This document shows positions 13,501 through 25,317 of a stretch of DNA of 60,000 nt, in pieces. A program made the translations under genes and the position numbers. This DNA is from Malacoraja senta. Taxonomy: Eukaryota. The stretch's first letter is position 1, and the number at the start of each line of letters is the position of its first letter. Under the pieces are notes generated by a model. The model saw only the letters and a program-made list of their open reading frames with translations. It did not search any database and was not told where the DNA came from. Where the stretch lies: positions 21,206,001-21,266,000 of the forward strand of contig CM075987.1 in NCBI GenBank assembly GCA_038087875.1, in the 5' to 3' direction.

Positions 13501-16500
13501 GTAAATTATCCAATTTTAATGTTTTTTTCAATTGTTTCCAAATTCGCATACCACTGTATATTATAGGATTTTCCCTATAAATTTTGTTGTTCAATTTCGA
13601 AGTAGCAAATGGTATCGAGCCAATTTCAAAGGGTAAACAATCTTCCTTTTCCATTTTTAACCAATCCGGTTGTTGATCTATTTCTTCCGACCAAAAATTC
13701 ATATTTTTAATGTTAACTGCCCAAAAATAAAACGTTGGTCTCCCCACGTTTACAAACACTGTATGAGTATACTTATATTCAACAGAAATTGCCAGATACC
13801 TTAAACAAATCTATAATAACACTTATACCAAAGGCTGATAAGGATCCCGAAGATCCAGGATCATACAGAGCAATTGCTCTTTTAAATACAGATCAGAAAA
13901 TATTAACTAAAATTCTAGCACACAGATTAAGTACAGTGATGAATAAATTTATACACCCTGACCAAACAGACTTTATTCAGAAACGGTATTCATATTTTAA
14001 TTTGAGACGATTATTTAATATAATATATTCAAAGAGAATCACTAACGAAGACCTAACAATAATCTCACTTGATGCTGAGAAAGCATTTGATCAGGTTGAA
14101 TTGCCCTATTTATTTTCGGTGATGGAAAAATTGCAATTGGGTGAGAAATTCTGTACATGGGTAAAACTTTTATATACTAACCCAACAGCTAGAATATTAA
14201 CAAATCAAAGACTATCATCTAAATTTAATTTATCTAGAGGTTGTAGACAAGGATGCCCGTTATCTCTGTTATTATTTGCACTTGCTATTGAGCCACTTGC
14301 TGAAAGAGTTAGGACCCACCCGGAAATCTACGGGTATAACACTAAAGACACAGTGAATAAAATTTCTCTATACGCAGATGATGTATTAATTTACATCATA
14401 AAACCAGAAATTACTATTCCAAATTTATTAAATTTAATAACTCAATTTTGTTTACTCTCTGGATACAGAATTAATTGGAATAAAAGTGAAATTATGCCAA
14501 TAAGGGAACATAATACATATATACTACAACAATTCCCGTTTAAAATAGTAAATGAAACATTTAAATATCTAGGAATTTATGTCACTAAGACATATGCATC
14601 ATTATTTAAATTAAATTTTCCCCCTTTACTGAATAAACTACATAAGAATATTCAGTACTGGAAAACACTTCCTATTTCAATGGTTGGTAAAATTAATGCC
14701 ATAAAAATGATTTTTTTTACCGCAAATATTATACCCTTTTCAAACAATTCCGATATATTTGCCAAAAAACGTCTTCAAAAATTGGATTCCATTATCACTG
14801 ATTTTATCTGGGATTATAAGAATCATAGGATAAGCAAAAAACATCTGTGCAAATCAAAAATAAATGGAGGTTTAGTTTCACCAAATTTTTTGTCCCCTGC
14901 TATTTCCGGCAGATTATTTATGTCTTCCTTAGTGAAGACGGAACCAAAGTACTTATTCAATTGGTCCGCCATGTCCTTGTTCCCCATGATCAATTCACCT
15001 GTTTCTGACTGCAAGGGACCTGCATTTGTTTTAACTAATCTCTTTCTCTTCACATATCTATAAAAACTTTTGCAGTCAGTTTTAATGTTCCCTGCCAGTT
15101 TTCTTTCATAATCTATTTTCCCTATCCTAATTAAGCCCTTTGTCCTCCTCTGCTGGTCTCTGAATTTCTCCCAGTCCTCTGGTCGGCTGCTTTTTCTGGC
15201 TAATTTGTACGCTTCATCTTTTGCTTTGATACTATCCCTGATTTCCCTTGTTATCCACGGATGCACTACCTTCCCTGATTTATTTTGCCAAACTGGGATG
15301 AACAATTTTTGTAGTTCATCCATGCAGTCTTTAAATGCCTTCCATTGCATATCCAACGTCAACCCTTTAAGAATTAATCGCCAGTCAATCTTGGCCAATT
15401 CACGTCTCATACCCTCAAAGTTACCTTTCTTTAAGTTCAGAACCATTGTTTCTGAATTAACCATGTCACTCTCCATCCTAATGAAGAACCCAACAATATT
15501 ATGTTCACTCTTGCCCAAGGGGCCACGCACAACAAGACTGTTAACTAACCCTTCCTCATTACTCAATACCCAGTCTAGAATAGCCTGCTCTCTCGTTGGT
15601 TCCTCTACATGTTGGTTAAGAAAACTATCCCGCATACATTCCAAGAAATCCTCTTCCTCAGCACCCCTGCCAATTTGATTCACCCAATCTATATGTAGAT
15701 TGAAGTCACCCATTATAACTGTTTTACCTTTGTTGCACGCATTTCTAATTTCCTGTTTGATGCCATCCCCAACTTCACTACTACTGTTAGGTGGCCTGTA
15801 CACAACACCCACTAGCGTTTTCTGCCCCTTAGTGTTTCGCGGCTCTACCCATATCGATTCCACATCCTCCAAGCTAATGTCCTTCCTTTCCATTGCGTTA
15901 ATCTCCTCTCTAACCAGCAACGCTACCCCACCTCCTTTTCCTTTCTGTCTATCCCTCCTGAATATTGAATATACCTGGATGTTCAGCTCCCAGCCTTGGT
16001 CACCCTGGAGCCATGTCTCTGTGATCCCAACTATATCATAATCATTAATAGCTATCTGCACATTCAACTCATCTACCTTATTACGAATGCTCCTTGCATT
16101 GAGACACAAAGCCTTCAGGCTTGTTTTTACAACGCTCTTACCCCTTATACAATTTTGTTGAAAAGTGACCCTTTTTGATTTTTGCCCTGGATTTGTCTGC
16201 CTGCCACTTTTACTTTTCACCTTGCTACCTATTGCTTATACCCCCCATTTTACACCCCTCTGTCTCTCTGCTCACACATTTAAGAACCCCACCACCTCTT
16301 ATTCTCTGTTTATTATTGTTTTCTTCTTCCCCCCCCCCCCTACATGTTGGGTCTGAGTGCTTCCCTTCTCTGCCTCCTGCCTCACACACTGTCTACTGGG
16401 TTTCTCTATTTGAGTCCCTCCCCCCAACCGTTCCAGTTTAAAGTCTCCGCCGTAGCCTTTGCAAATCTCCCCGCCAGGATATTGGTTCCCCTCGGGTTCA

Positions 16501-17650
16501 AGTGCAACCCATCCTTTTTGTACAGGTCGCACCTTCCACAAAAGAGGTCCCAATGATCCAGAAACTTGAATCCCTGCCCACTGCACCAGTCCTTCAGCCA
16601 CACATTTATCCTCCACCTCGCTCCATTCCTACTCTCACTGTCGCGTGGTACAGGCAGTAATCCCGAGATTGTCACCTTTGCGGTCCTTTTTAACTCTCCT
16701 CCTAACTCCCTAAATTCTCCTTTCAGGACCTCTTCTCTTTTTCTACCTATGTCATTGGTACATATATGTACCACGACCTCGGGCTCCTCTCCCTCCCATT
16801 TCAGGATATCTTGGACACGTTCAGACACATCCGAGACCCTGGCACCAGGGAGGCAAACTACCATCCGGGTCTCCCGACTGCATCCACAGAATCGCCTGTC
16901 TGACCCCCTAACTATAGAGTCCCCTATTACTAATACCCTCCTCTTCTTTTCCTTAGCCTTCTGAGCAACAGGACCGGTCTCTGTACCGGAGGCCCGGCCG
17001 CTGTTGCTACCCCCAGGTAGGCTGTCCCTCCCAACAGTACTCAAACAGGAGTACTTATTGTCAAGGTGTACAGCCACCGGGGTACTCTCTAGTCCCTGCC
17101 TGTGCCCCTTGCCCCTCCTAACCGTGACCCACTTGCCTGCCTCCTGTGGTCTTGGAGTGACCACCTCTCTGTAACTCCTCTCAATGACTTCCTCGCTCTC
17201 CCTGACCAGACGGAGGTCATCGAGCTGCTGCTCCAGGTTCCTAATACGGTCCCTTAGGAGCCCCACCTGGCGCAGATGTGGACGTCTGGAAGGCTATCAG
17301 ATTCCTTGACCTCCCACATCTGACATCCAGAACAGTAAACTGCCCTGGCACTCATACTCCTCCTGTACCTAGGATACAATACAAAGCACAGTACAATACA
17401 ATCAGCAAGGATCCGACTCCCAATCAGCTGCTCCCTCTTGTCTGCTTCCACCAATCAGCGGCTTCCTCAAGCCCACTTGTTTTGAAATGCGAATGGAACT
17501 TGGAACGTTACAGATTTTGATTCCTCCTCCCTCTGTGACCTCTCCAACGGCTCTTGGGCCTCTGTAAGAAGCAAGCCCCGCGCTCGAGTTTATCTCCTAC
17601 CGCTCGGGTGTAGCTCCTCCCTCTGCGACCGCTCCAACGGCTCTCGGGCC
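10593..17650 (-). mobile_element. Apparently full-length CR1 LINE (~4.4 kb without its insert): ORF1 Zn-finger/coiled-coil/SGNH esterase, ORF2 APE endonuclease-RT
   Basis: ORF1 from ATG at 17355 (CSGC...HICAR, frameshift near 17260, GDSIVRG, HICTND, DGLHLN); ORF2 16220-14892 plus 12274-10681 (NARS, TETWL, GDFN, QGSVLGP, FADD), joined through duplicated EIAGD; 3' tail tttctatgtttcta. Confidence 0.95.
12275..14891 (-). mobile_element. L1/Tx1-clade LINE, 5'-truncated and 5'-inverted
   Basis: Poly(A) 11 nt and AATAAA (12301-12296) on minus strand; 16-bp TSD gtc(a/c)cctgctatttcc at 12259-12274 and 14892-14907; RT (SLDAEKAFD, RQGCPLS, YADD) on + at 13731-14891; C-terminal part on - at 13733-12275. 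Confidence 0.93.
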
Positions 17651-18224
17651 GTTGTATGGAACAAGCTGCCAGAGGAGGTAGTTGAGGCTGGGACTACCCC
17701 AATGTTTAAGAATCAGTTAGACAGGTACATGAATAGGTCAAGTTTGGAGTGATATGGACCAAGCACAGGCAGGTGGGACTAGCGTAGCTGGGACATGTTG
17801 GCCGGTATGGGCAAGTTAGGCCGAAGGGCCTGTTTCCATACTGTATCACTCTATGACTCTAAATAGGTCATCATACAAGTATTGTGCATTCAGCAAGTAG
17901 TTAATGCTTGCTAAAGGAATCTTAGAATCTGCCTTGGCAGGAAAATTCCTTGCTTCATCTAAAAATTCAATGCTAATTTGATTTGGTTGCTTACCTTTAA
18001 ATGAGTAGTTCTTTCCAGTTAATTGGAATGTTCACCCTTGAACAGTTCCACTGCTGGCGTGTTGCTGCTTCATTTATGACCAATGGACATATCCATGGTG
18101 GAATGCAATCTAAGTTTCGTTGAGTTGCTTTCACAGTATAAGTATTTTTATGAAGCTAATATGAAACTGTTCTGTCACTTCATCCAATGGGTCACATTTC
18201 TTGCAGAATGACCCTGCTCTCACC

Positions 18225-18960
18225 TACGATATGATACGATACAATATAACTTTATCCCAGGAGGGAAATTAATCTGCCAACAGTCATAAAACACAAGATA
18301 CATGAAATTAAAGTGACCAGTGGAAAGGACTGGGGATGTGCAAGGGTGGGGGGAGGGGCAGGGGGGGTGGTTGTACAGTTTGATAGCCACATGGAAGAAG
18401 GATCTCCTGTGGTGTTCTGTATTGCATCTTCGTGTAACCAGTCTGTTGCTGAAGGTACTCATCATGTTGACTAGTGTGTCATGGAGGGGGTGAGCTATAT
18501 TGCCCAAGATGCTCTGCAGTTGGAGTCGCATCCTCCCCTCCAAGACTACCTCCCATGAATCCAACTCCGCCCCCTTTGCCCTGCTGCCCTAGCAAACAAC
18601 AGCAAAGAAGATGGCACTGGCTACCACCGATTGGTAGAACATCTGCAGTATCTTGCAGCAGACGTTGAAGGAGCGGAGCCTTCTCAAAAAGTACAGCCGG
18701 CTTTATCCCTTCTTGTACAGGGCCTCAGCGTTCCTGACCAGGTACACTCCAGGGTATTTGTACTCCTTGGTGAACTGCACATCCACGCCATTGATGAAGG
18801 CAGGGGACAGGGGTGTTCCTCTCCTCCTAAAGTCCACCACTAACTCCTTAGTCTTGTCAGTTGAGCTGCAGGTGGTCCACACCACTCCACAAAGTCATTG
18901 ACTACACCTCTGTATTCAGCTTCCCTCCCCTCACTGATGCAGCCCACAATTGCAGAGTCA
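18225..18960 (-). mobile_element. Rex1/Babar-like LINE 3' fragment with (TATCG)n-like tail
   Basis: DSAIVGCISEG, KTKELVVDFRR, HPLHDTL...RRSF remnants; ataaag followed by the microsatellite tail. Confidence 0.8.
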
Positions 18961-19485
18961 TTAAACACCTACTACAGGTGCACAGTAGAGAGCATGCTGA
19001 CCGGTTGCATCGTGGCTTGGTTCGGCAACTTGAGCGCCCTGGAGAGGAAAAGACTACAAAAAGTAGTAAACACTGCCCAAGTCCATCATCGGCTCTGACC
19101 TCCCTTCCATCGAGGGGATCTATCACAGTCGCTGCCTCAAAAAGGCTGGCAGTATCATCAAGGACCCACACCATCCTGGCCACACACTCATCTCCCTACT
19201 ACCTTCAGGTAGAAGGTACAGGAGCCTGAAGACTGCAACGACCAGGTTCAGGAATAGCTACTTCCCCACAGCCATCAGGCTATTAAACCTGGCTCGGACA
19301 AAACTCTGAACTTTAATAGCCCATTAACTGTTATTTGCATTTTTTCAGTATATTGATTCATGTGTGTATATATTTATAGAATGCCTTGTAGTCAATGCCT
19401 ACTATGTTCTGTTGTGCTGAAGCAAAGCAAGAATTTCATTGTCCTATCAGGGACACATGACAATAAACTCACTTGAACTTGAACT
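18961..19485 (+). mobile_element. Rex1/Babar-like LINE 3' fragment of a second family with (TTGAAC)n tail
   Basis: YRCTVESMLTGCIVAWFGN...KRLQKVVNTAQ; tail acatgacaataaactcacttgaacttgaact. Confidence 0.85.
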
Positions 19486-20399
19486 ACTCTCAACTACCCT
19501 CCACCCTGAGCTTTTCGGATTTGGAAGTGTAACATTTTCCATTTAGGCATCCTGCAATCAGGTATGCAGCTCTATCTTGCATCCCCTTCTACCCTTGGAA
19601 GAACATGATCCAAAAGGGTGCAAGTCATTTACTAGAAGTACCCCAAAAATGTAACGTAAATGTAATCAAAAATATTTTTGGCCAAACTTCAAAACAAAAC
19701 ATTGATTTGAAATACAGCTAGGTAATGGTCACCAATGCTGTGCAAAGTGTTCCATTGTCTCCATCTAGTGTTGTGCTTGAGCATAACATGACCTTGCCAT
19801 ATTTGGCCAAAGTCACAGCAGGTAGCACTGGCCAGGAAGTGTTCTCCTTCCCCCCACTACCTCTTGATGGTTTCATGTGAGAAAGATTTTGGGGTCTAAA
19901 AGGGATAAAATCATATGCTGAGCTTTGCTGCTGAGAACGAGTTAGTTCGGAATCTCAGCAACTCCTGCTGTGGGATGGATGAACATGTCATGACCTTCTG
20001 GCTCGCACATCAAAAGAACCAGCTTGCAACCATCATCAGCAAATAAGTTCCAAACCTAGAAACCATACTCTCGACGTTGAGAAGATCTTACCCGGCATCC
20101 CATTGGGAGACAAAATGATTTTCCTATGCTCTTCAGTGCCAGTTCAGATAAGATGGAGAATTCCCTTTAAGCACGATCAGCAAAAAGTGAGTCTGGACAG
20201 GCTGTCCTGTTGAAATAATGTTTGGAACACAATTTTGTCATAATGAAAGCGAGAGAGAGAGAGAGAAGCACATAACCTCAAAGCAACATCGCTGTTCCAA
20301 ACACTGGTTTCAGTTGTAATATGTCATCATCTGAGTGAGAGACCACAAGGATGCCTGTGCCATGATGAGTTGCAATGACTGTTAGCACATTATGGCCTA

Positions 20400-21100
20400 A
20401 TTGACTTGGTTATTGTCATCTACCTGACGGCGGAGCAGTTGCGGCAACAGAAACTCTGGCATATGAAAATCGGCACTGAAGGTTACAAGGATCTTGCATG
20501 GATAGTTCTTGGATTGAAAACTTCACCGTCCTACAATAAAAAAGAGCTACTCCACAGGCAACTGAAGGCCAAAGTCCAACAGAAGATGCGTGACCCAAAG
20601 AATACAGGAGGTCTAGCAAGTTGATTATAACCGCAACATGCACGGATTCCTCAGCATTGTCAAGGCCATCCATGGCCCAAGGTCTGCCCCACTGAGAACT
20701 AAGATTGAAAGTTACCTCGCTAAGGGTTGAGAGGTCATCAATGTTCACTGGAATGATCATGTCAACCTCTGTCCTTCACTCCATTCCACTCCTGAGTAAA
20801 GACCTTAAACTCAGCACAAAGCTTATTGTTTATTGTCAGCAGTGAGCCCAGCACTCCCAGTATACTTCTTTGTCCCAGACCTCTGTCACTGGAGTGATAT
20901 CAACAATAGTGTCTCTGCAAAATTTCTAAATCTAAAGGCAAGAAAAGTGAATAGGCATCACTTTCATCACAGAGGCCAATGTAAAAGTGTTACAGTCCCA
21001 CCATCTCTGACATGTTTAAGAATGCCGCAAATAACTTCAGCTGCCACCTTTGACCTTGTAGATGAAAGTGGCTATACGTTTAATTTAAACGGCGGATCTT
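20400..21100 (+). mobile_element. Highly degenerate RTE-clade LINE fragment
   Basis: LKAKVQQKMRD and KAIHGP...HWNDH remnants with frameshifts; boundaries approximate. Confidence 0.45.
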
Positions 21101-22979
21101 TTCCCAAAACAGCTTTGCCTTTTCACTAATTAGGCATCTAAAAACTTCCCTTTTTCGAATAATAAGGCAGCAGTTTACATACAAAATGCTTCCACAACAT
21201 GAATCTGAAATGGATTCTGCAAGAGTGAATTTCCATTACCCAAAGGGCTGTAATGCAAGGATCCCCTGTAAAGCAAGTTCTCCCAGTGTCCGAATGAGAA
21301 TTCCTTCCTAAATAGTGCTGGGCAGATAACAGTTTTCATCTAATTTGCTCTGTGGAATCCTGCCCAAAGTAACTGCCACATTTCTTTGAAAAATACCAGT
21401 ACCCAGAGTTTTCAGAATAGATGAAATAATGAATTAGTTGTTAAGAGTTTTGGGTATCCTGAGGACTTGAAAACACTGTTCCAATGCTTTTATTCTTATC
21501 AATTTTGACACAAAAAGTGTTTATAAAGTCCTAATGTTAACTGAAAAGGAAAAATCTGGATTGAAAGCAGTATGTTGGAATTGCTAATGAGAGTTCGTTG
21601 ACCTGAACTGTTAACTCTGTTTCGCTATCGGATATTGCTAAGCATTTTTGTTTTACCTTCATTTTGCCAGCATCTGCAGGGCTTTTGTCGTTTCAGAAAA
21701 TGTTTATAATGCTTAATGAGCCAGGGAGCACTTGTGGAGAAACTGGAATCAGTCATTATATTGATGGTGAATTTATAAGAATGCAGGAATGTAGATCTGA
21801 AATTAAGTGCGGTTCTGTTCTCACTGGCCTGACCATCCTTGTACCCAAACGTTAAACCCTCCGTGAGTGGTTCATTTTGCAGATCCTAAATAAGATAATA
21901 TTCTGTGTGCCAGCCCTCTAAGTACATGTAAACACTTAAAGTTTTGTGGTGGTTGTTATATTTGGTAATGCGGCAAGAATGTTACCTTCACCACTGACAC
22001 AAAACAGATCCTGTGGATTAAAGTTTTAGTTTGCTTTCTTAGAAAACAGGATTTAATAGGTTGTGAAAATAATTTAAACCTATTTACATAGGGTATAGTA
22101 TCAAGCCAATAGTATTGATCAATTAAGCAGTTCCAAGCAAGTTGCCTTTCTGAAGGTGGGGATGGGGGAGGGGAGGGTTGGCGGGGAGAGTAATTCGGGG
22201 TTAGTCTGATTTCCTGAAAGGCTTTAAGATTTGAATGTGGCTCAAATTTAGTTTGTATCTTTTTTTTGGGTGTTGTAAAACCCCATTGAAATTTCCTCAT
22301 CATCCACTTCAACCCAGTCAAGGAGTCATACTCCACAGTTTCCACTGCCTTCAGCAAGATACCACCAAATCCTGTCTTCCCCTTTCAATATTCCAAATGG
22401 ATCATAGCCTCTTCGATTCCCTGGGTCACAAATCTGTTATTAATGGTTGTACTCTTCGTGTTAGACTTTTGTAGCCAAGTAAAAGAATTTTGAGAACATT
22501 ATAAATACAAGTTTAACATTTGCATTAAGGTGCATTAGCAAAAGTTGTACAATCTGAATCCTATCTTTGGCCTAAACTATTTCCAAAATTAACATGGAAT
22601 AATCAGTTCTCATAAGTTCTTAATTCACAGGAGCAGAATTAGGCCATTAGTCCCATCAAGTCTATTCAATCATGGTTGATCTCTCTTTCCTTCTCGGCCC
22701 CATTCTCCCGCCTTCTCCCCATTCTCCTTTTGCATTTCTCTTTGATTTACTCATGGAAATCAACCCAAAGCTCAATTCATGAACATGGGGGTGAGCACAG
22801 TGTGAATGTAAAGAGTTCTGTGTATGGTCCAACAGTATCGTTTTTTTAACACAAAACTGTTACTTCACTCTTATGAGCAGAAATACAGTATGATGGTTTC
22901 CGCCATTTTCCAAGTCGTACAGCATTTAAACAAGTCCTTGGACTTGCATGCCATCCATGAAGAACCCATTTGCACAGTT

Positions 22980-23195
22980 CCTGCACTAATCCCACTGTTT
23001 TTAAACTCACATTGCCACCAACTTCTCCCAAGATTTTCCATTCACCTACACATTTCAACTTGCATGTCTTGTGGAATGTTGGAAGAAATCCAATAGTTAC
23101 TGGGAGAATGTGCAAACTCAACACAAACAGCTTTAGAGATCAAGATTGAACTCTAGTCACTGGAGTTGTGAGGTAGAGGTTCCAGCCACTACAGT
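22980..23195 (-). mobile_element. Degenerate tRNA-derived V-SINE-like element
   Basis: gggagaatgtgcaaactc core shared with 43985-44290. Confidence 0.5.
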
Positions 23196-23622
23196 TTTAA
23201 AATTATGTATTTCAGCTTCATAAATTCAGTTTAGTTTATTGTCACATGTACTGAGGTACAGTTGAAAACTTTTGATACGTGCTAACGATTGGGCCTATAA
23301 AGGGGAAAATTGTTTAAAATTGAACGCAACATTGCTCCACGGCCACGAGTGGAAAGAGCAAGAAAATTAGTTTGGAATGCTCTTGGAAAGGCCCAACAGG
23401 TACACGACAGACAGTGTTGTCCCAGATCCTGAGGACAATTGAATACCGGAAAATTGAATTTAAATAATGTTGCTACTCTTAAAACTACATCAGAAATCAA
23501 ACTTCAACGTAACTTGTGCATTTGAACATTTTCTTTTTTTTAATATCAAAAAAAGTCTTACCACATCCAGTTAACAAAAGTCAGAATGGAAAGTGAAGGT
23601 TTCTCCTTAAAGGGACTACTGA

Positions 23623-23874
<252 letters not shown>

Positions 23875-23984
23875 TGATTTGCTGTACTGATAGATATCTT
23901 TGAGCACTCAATGTTTCAGGAAGAAATATTATCTAATTGATTTTGCAGGTCTCTCACCTCTTCCACAGATTAATTAAAATATAG

Positions 23985-25025
23985 TAGCAATGTTACAAAA
24001 TTTTGAGATTTTAAAAATCAAGTCTGTAATTTATCCCATCAGATAAAGCATAAAAAGAAGTTTAATTTGACACCTAATTCACTTTCATATCTACAGTATT
24101 AAAAAAGTTATGGCCATTTTCATACTCGGAAATTAGCATCTTGTTCCCTATTGCTTTTCCATTGACTTAACACAAAAGCTGTGATCGAGGACAGTTAAAA
24201 GCCCATAACTTTCTTAAAAATTAAGAGAACTGAAAGAAATTTTCAGTTATTATAGATTGAAGCATTCTGAAACAAATATGAAACAATCTTACTTAGATGA
24301 CATGAAATTAAAGCATAAAATTAGTTAGTTACCTAATTGTAGCTAATTACAAAATTCAATTACTAGATCTAAACATCTATCAATTTCTTAAGAATAGATT
24401 AACATTTTTAAATAGCCTAAGTGTCCAAATAACATTCACACAAGAATTCACAATATAACATATTTTTTTTATCTCATTGTCATGGATTTATAGGCCAAAT
24501 GGAAGAAATTGAATGTTTAATACCTGTAAATTAATGGGCATTTATATCATCTTGCGAATGGGGATTTCTGGAACGCGATCATTTGGAACGTTAATTTGCG
24601 GTGAATTTAACCCCGTATTGGCATGAAAATTATTGCCGTTAGTTCGGGGGAAAAAATCACCGTGTCGCATGTAAAAATGTGAATTAAAGGCCTCTTAAGG
24701 AGAACGTTTATACATAAAAATAAAGCACTTTCGTTTACCTGTCCCGTGTGTGAAATCCGTCCCCGTTGTTGGCGTTGTCGGGTTCAGAAGATGATTTTAA
24801 AATGATTCCAACGCTGAACTTGTCGGGAGATTTTAAAAACTAAATACTCAAAACGCCCCTCGGAACGATTCTTCCGCAAAAGCTTGTACTCCAACAAAAT
24901 ATAATTCAGGACAAGGTAGGAGAAACCGCGTTTTAACCCCGCCCCCCCTTAAAGGCGCCAAAATCGCGCACACGGCCAGTGACAGAATTACAGCGCGACT
25001 GAAGGCAAGTATTGTAACATACCTA
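23985..25025. mobile_element. Non-autonomous hAT-like DNA transposon (MITE), 1041 bp
   Basis: 14-bp imperfect TIRs TAGcaATGTTACAA / TTGTAACATacCTA; direct repeat aatatag on both sides; no long ORF. Confidence 0.8.
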
Positions 25026-25191
25026 AATATAGGGGGTAAAATAAAGAAAAAACAATGATGGAGTTTTAAAAGTAAATTAATTTTTCATTGACTGCTACTT
25101 GATTTTGGATTGCTTCTCTAGAAGTTTAAGTGGGATAAGAGAAGTGGTTCAATTATCAAGGCACTTGAAAACCAAGTAATCAGTAAAGGTT

Positions 25192-25317
25192 GTGTAAGAA
25201 GCAACTGCAGAAGCTGGTTTAAACCAAAGATAGTCACAAAAAGCCGGAGTAAATCAGGCAGCATCTCTGGAGAGAAAGAATGGGTGACGTTTCGGTTCGA
25301 GACCCTTCTTCAAACTA
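25192..25317 (-). mobile_element. Short Penelope-type terminal-repeat fragment with mutated hammerhead core
   Basis: Minus strand tttgaagaagggtctcgaaccgaaacgtcacc; flanked by direct repeat aatcagtaaaggttg. Confidence 0.65.

Larger units (their letters stand above)
9797..17860 (+). mobile_element. 5'-truncated CR1 LINE (host): pieces 9797-10592 and 17651-17860, split by nested insertions
   Basis: DTKVGG...QQDLDRLARWAEEWLMEFN and LEYCVEFWAP ORF2 remnants; ...caaagggtggtggtt at 10592 resumes as gttgtatggaacaagctgcc at 17651. Confidence 0.9.

Noticed and set aside
10681..16220. ORFs of 569, 442 and 465 aa that look like novel RT or endonuclease fusion genes
   Set aside because: Their odd termini are read-through across the CR1/L1 insertion junctions; fully explained by nesting.
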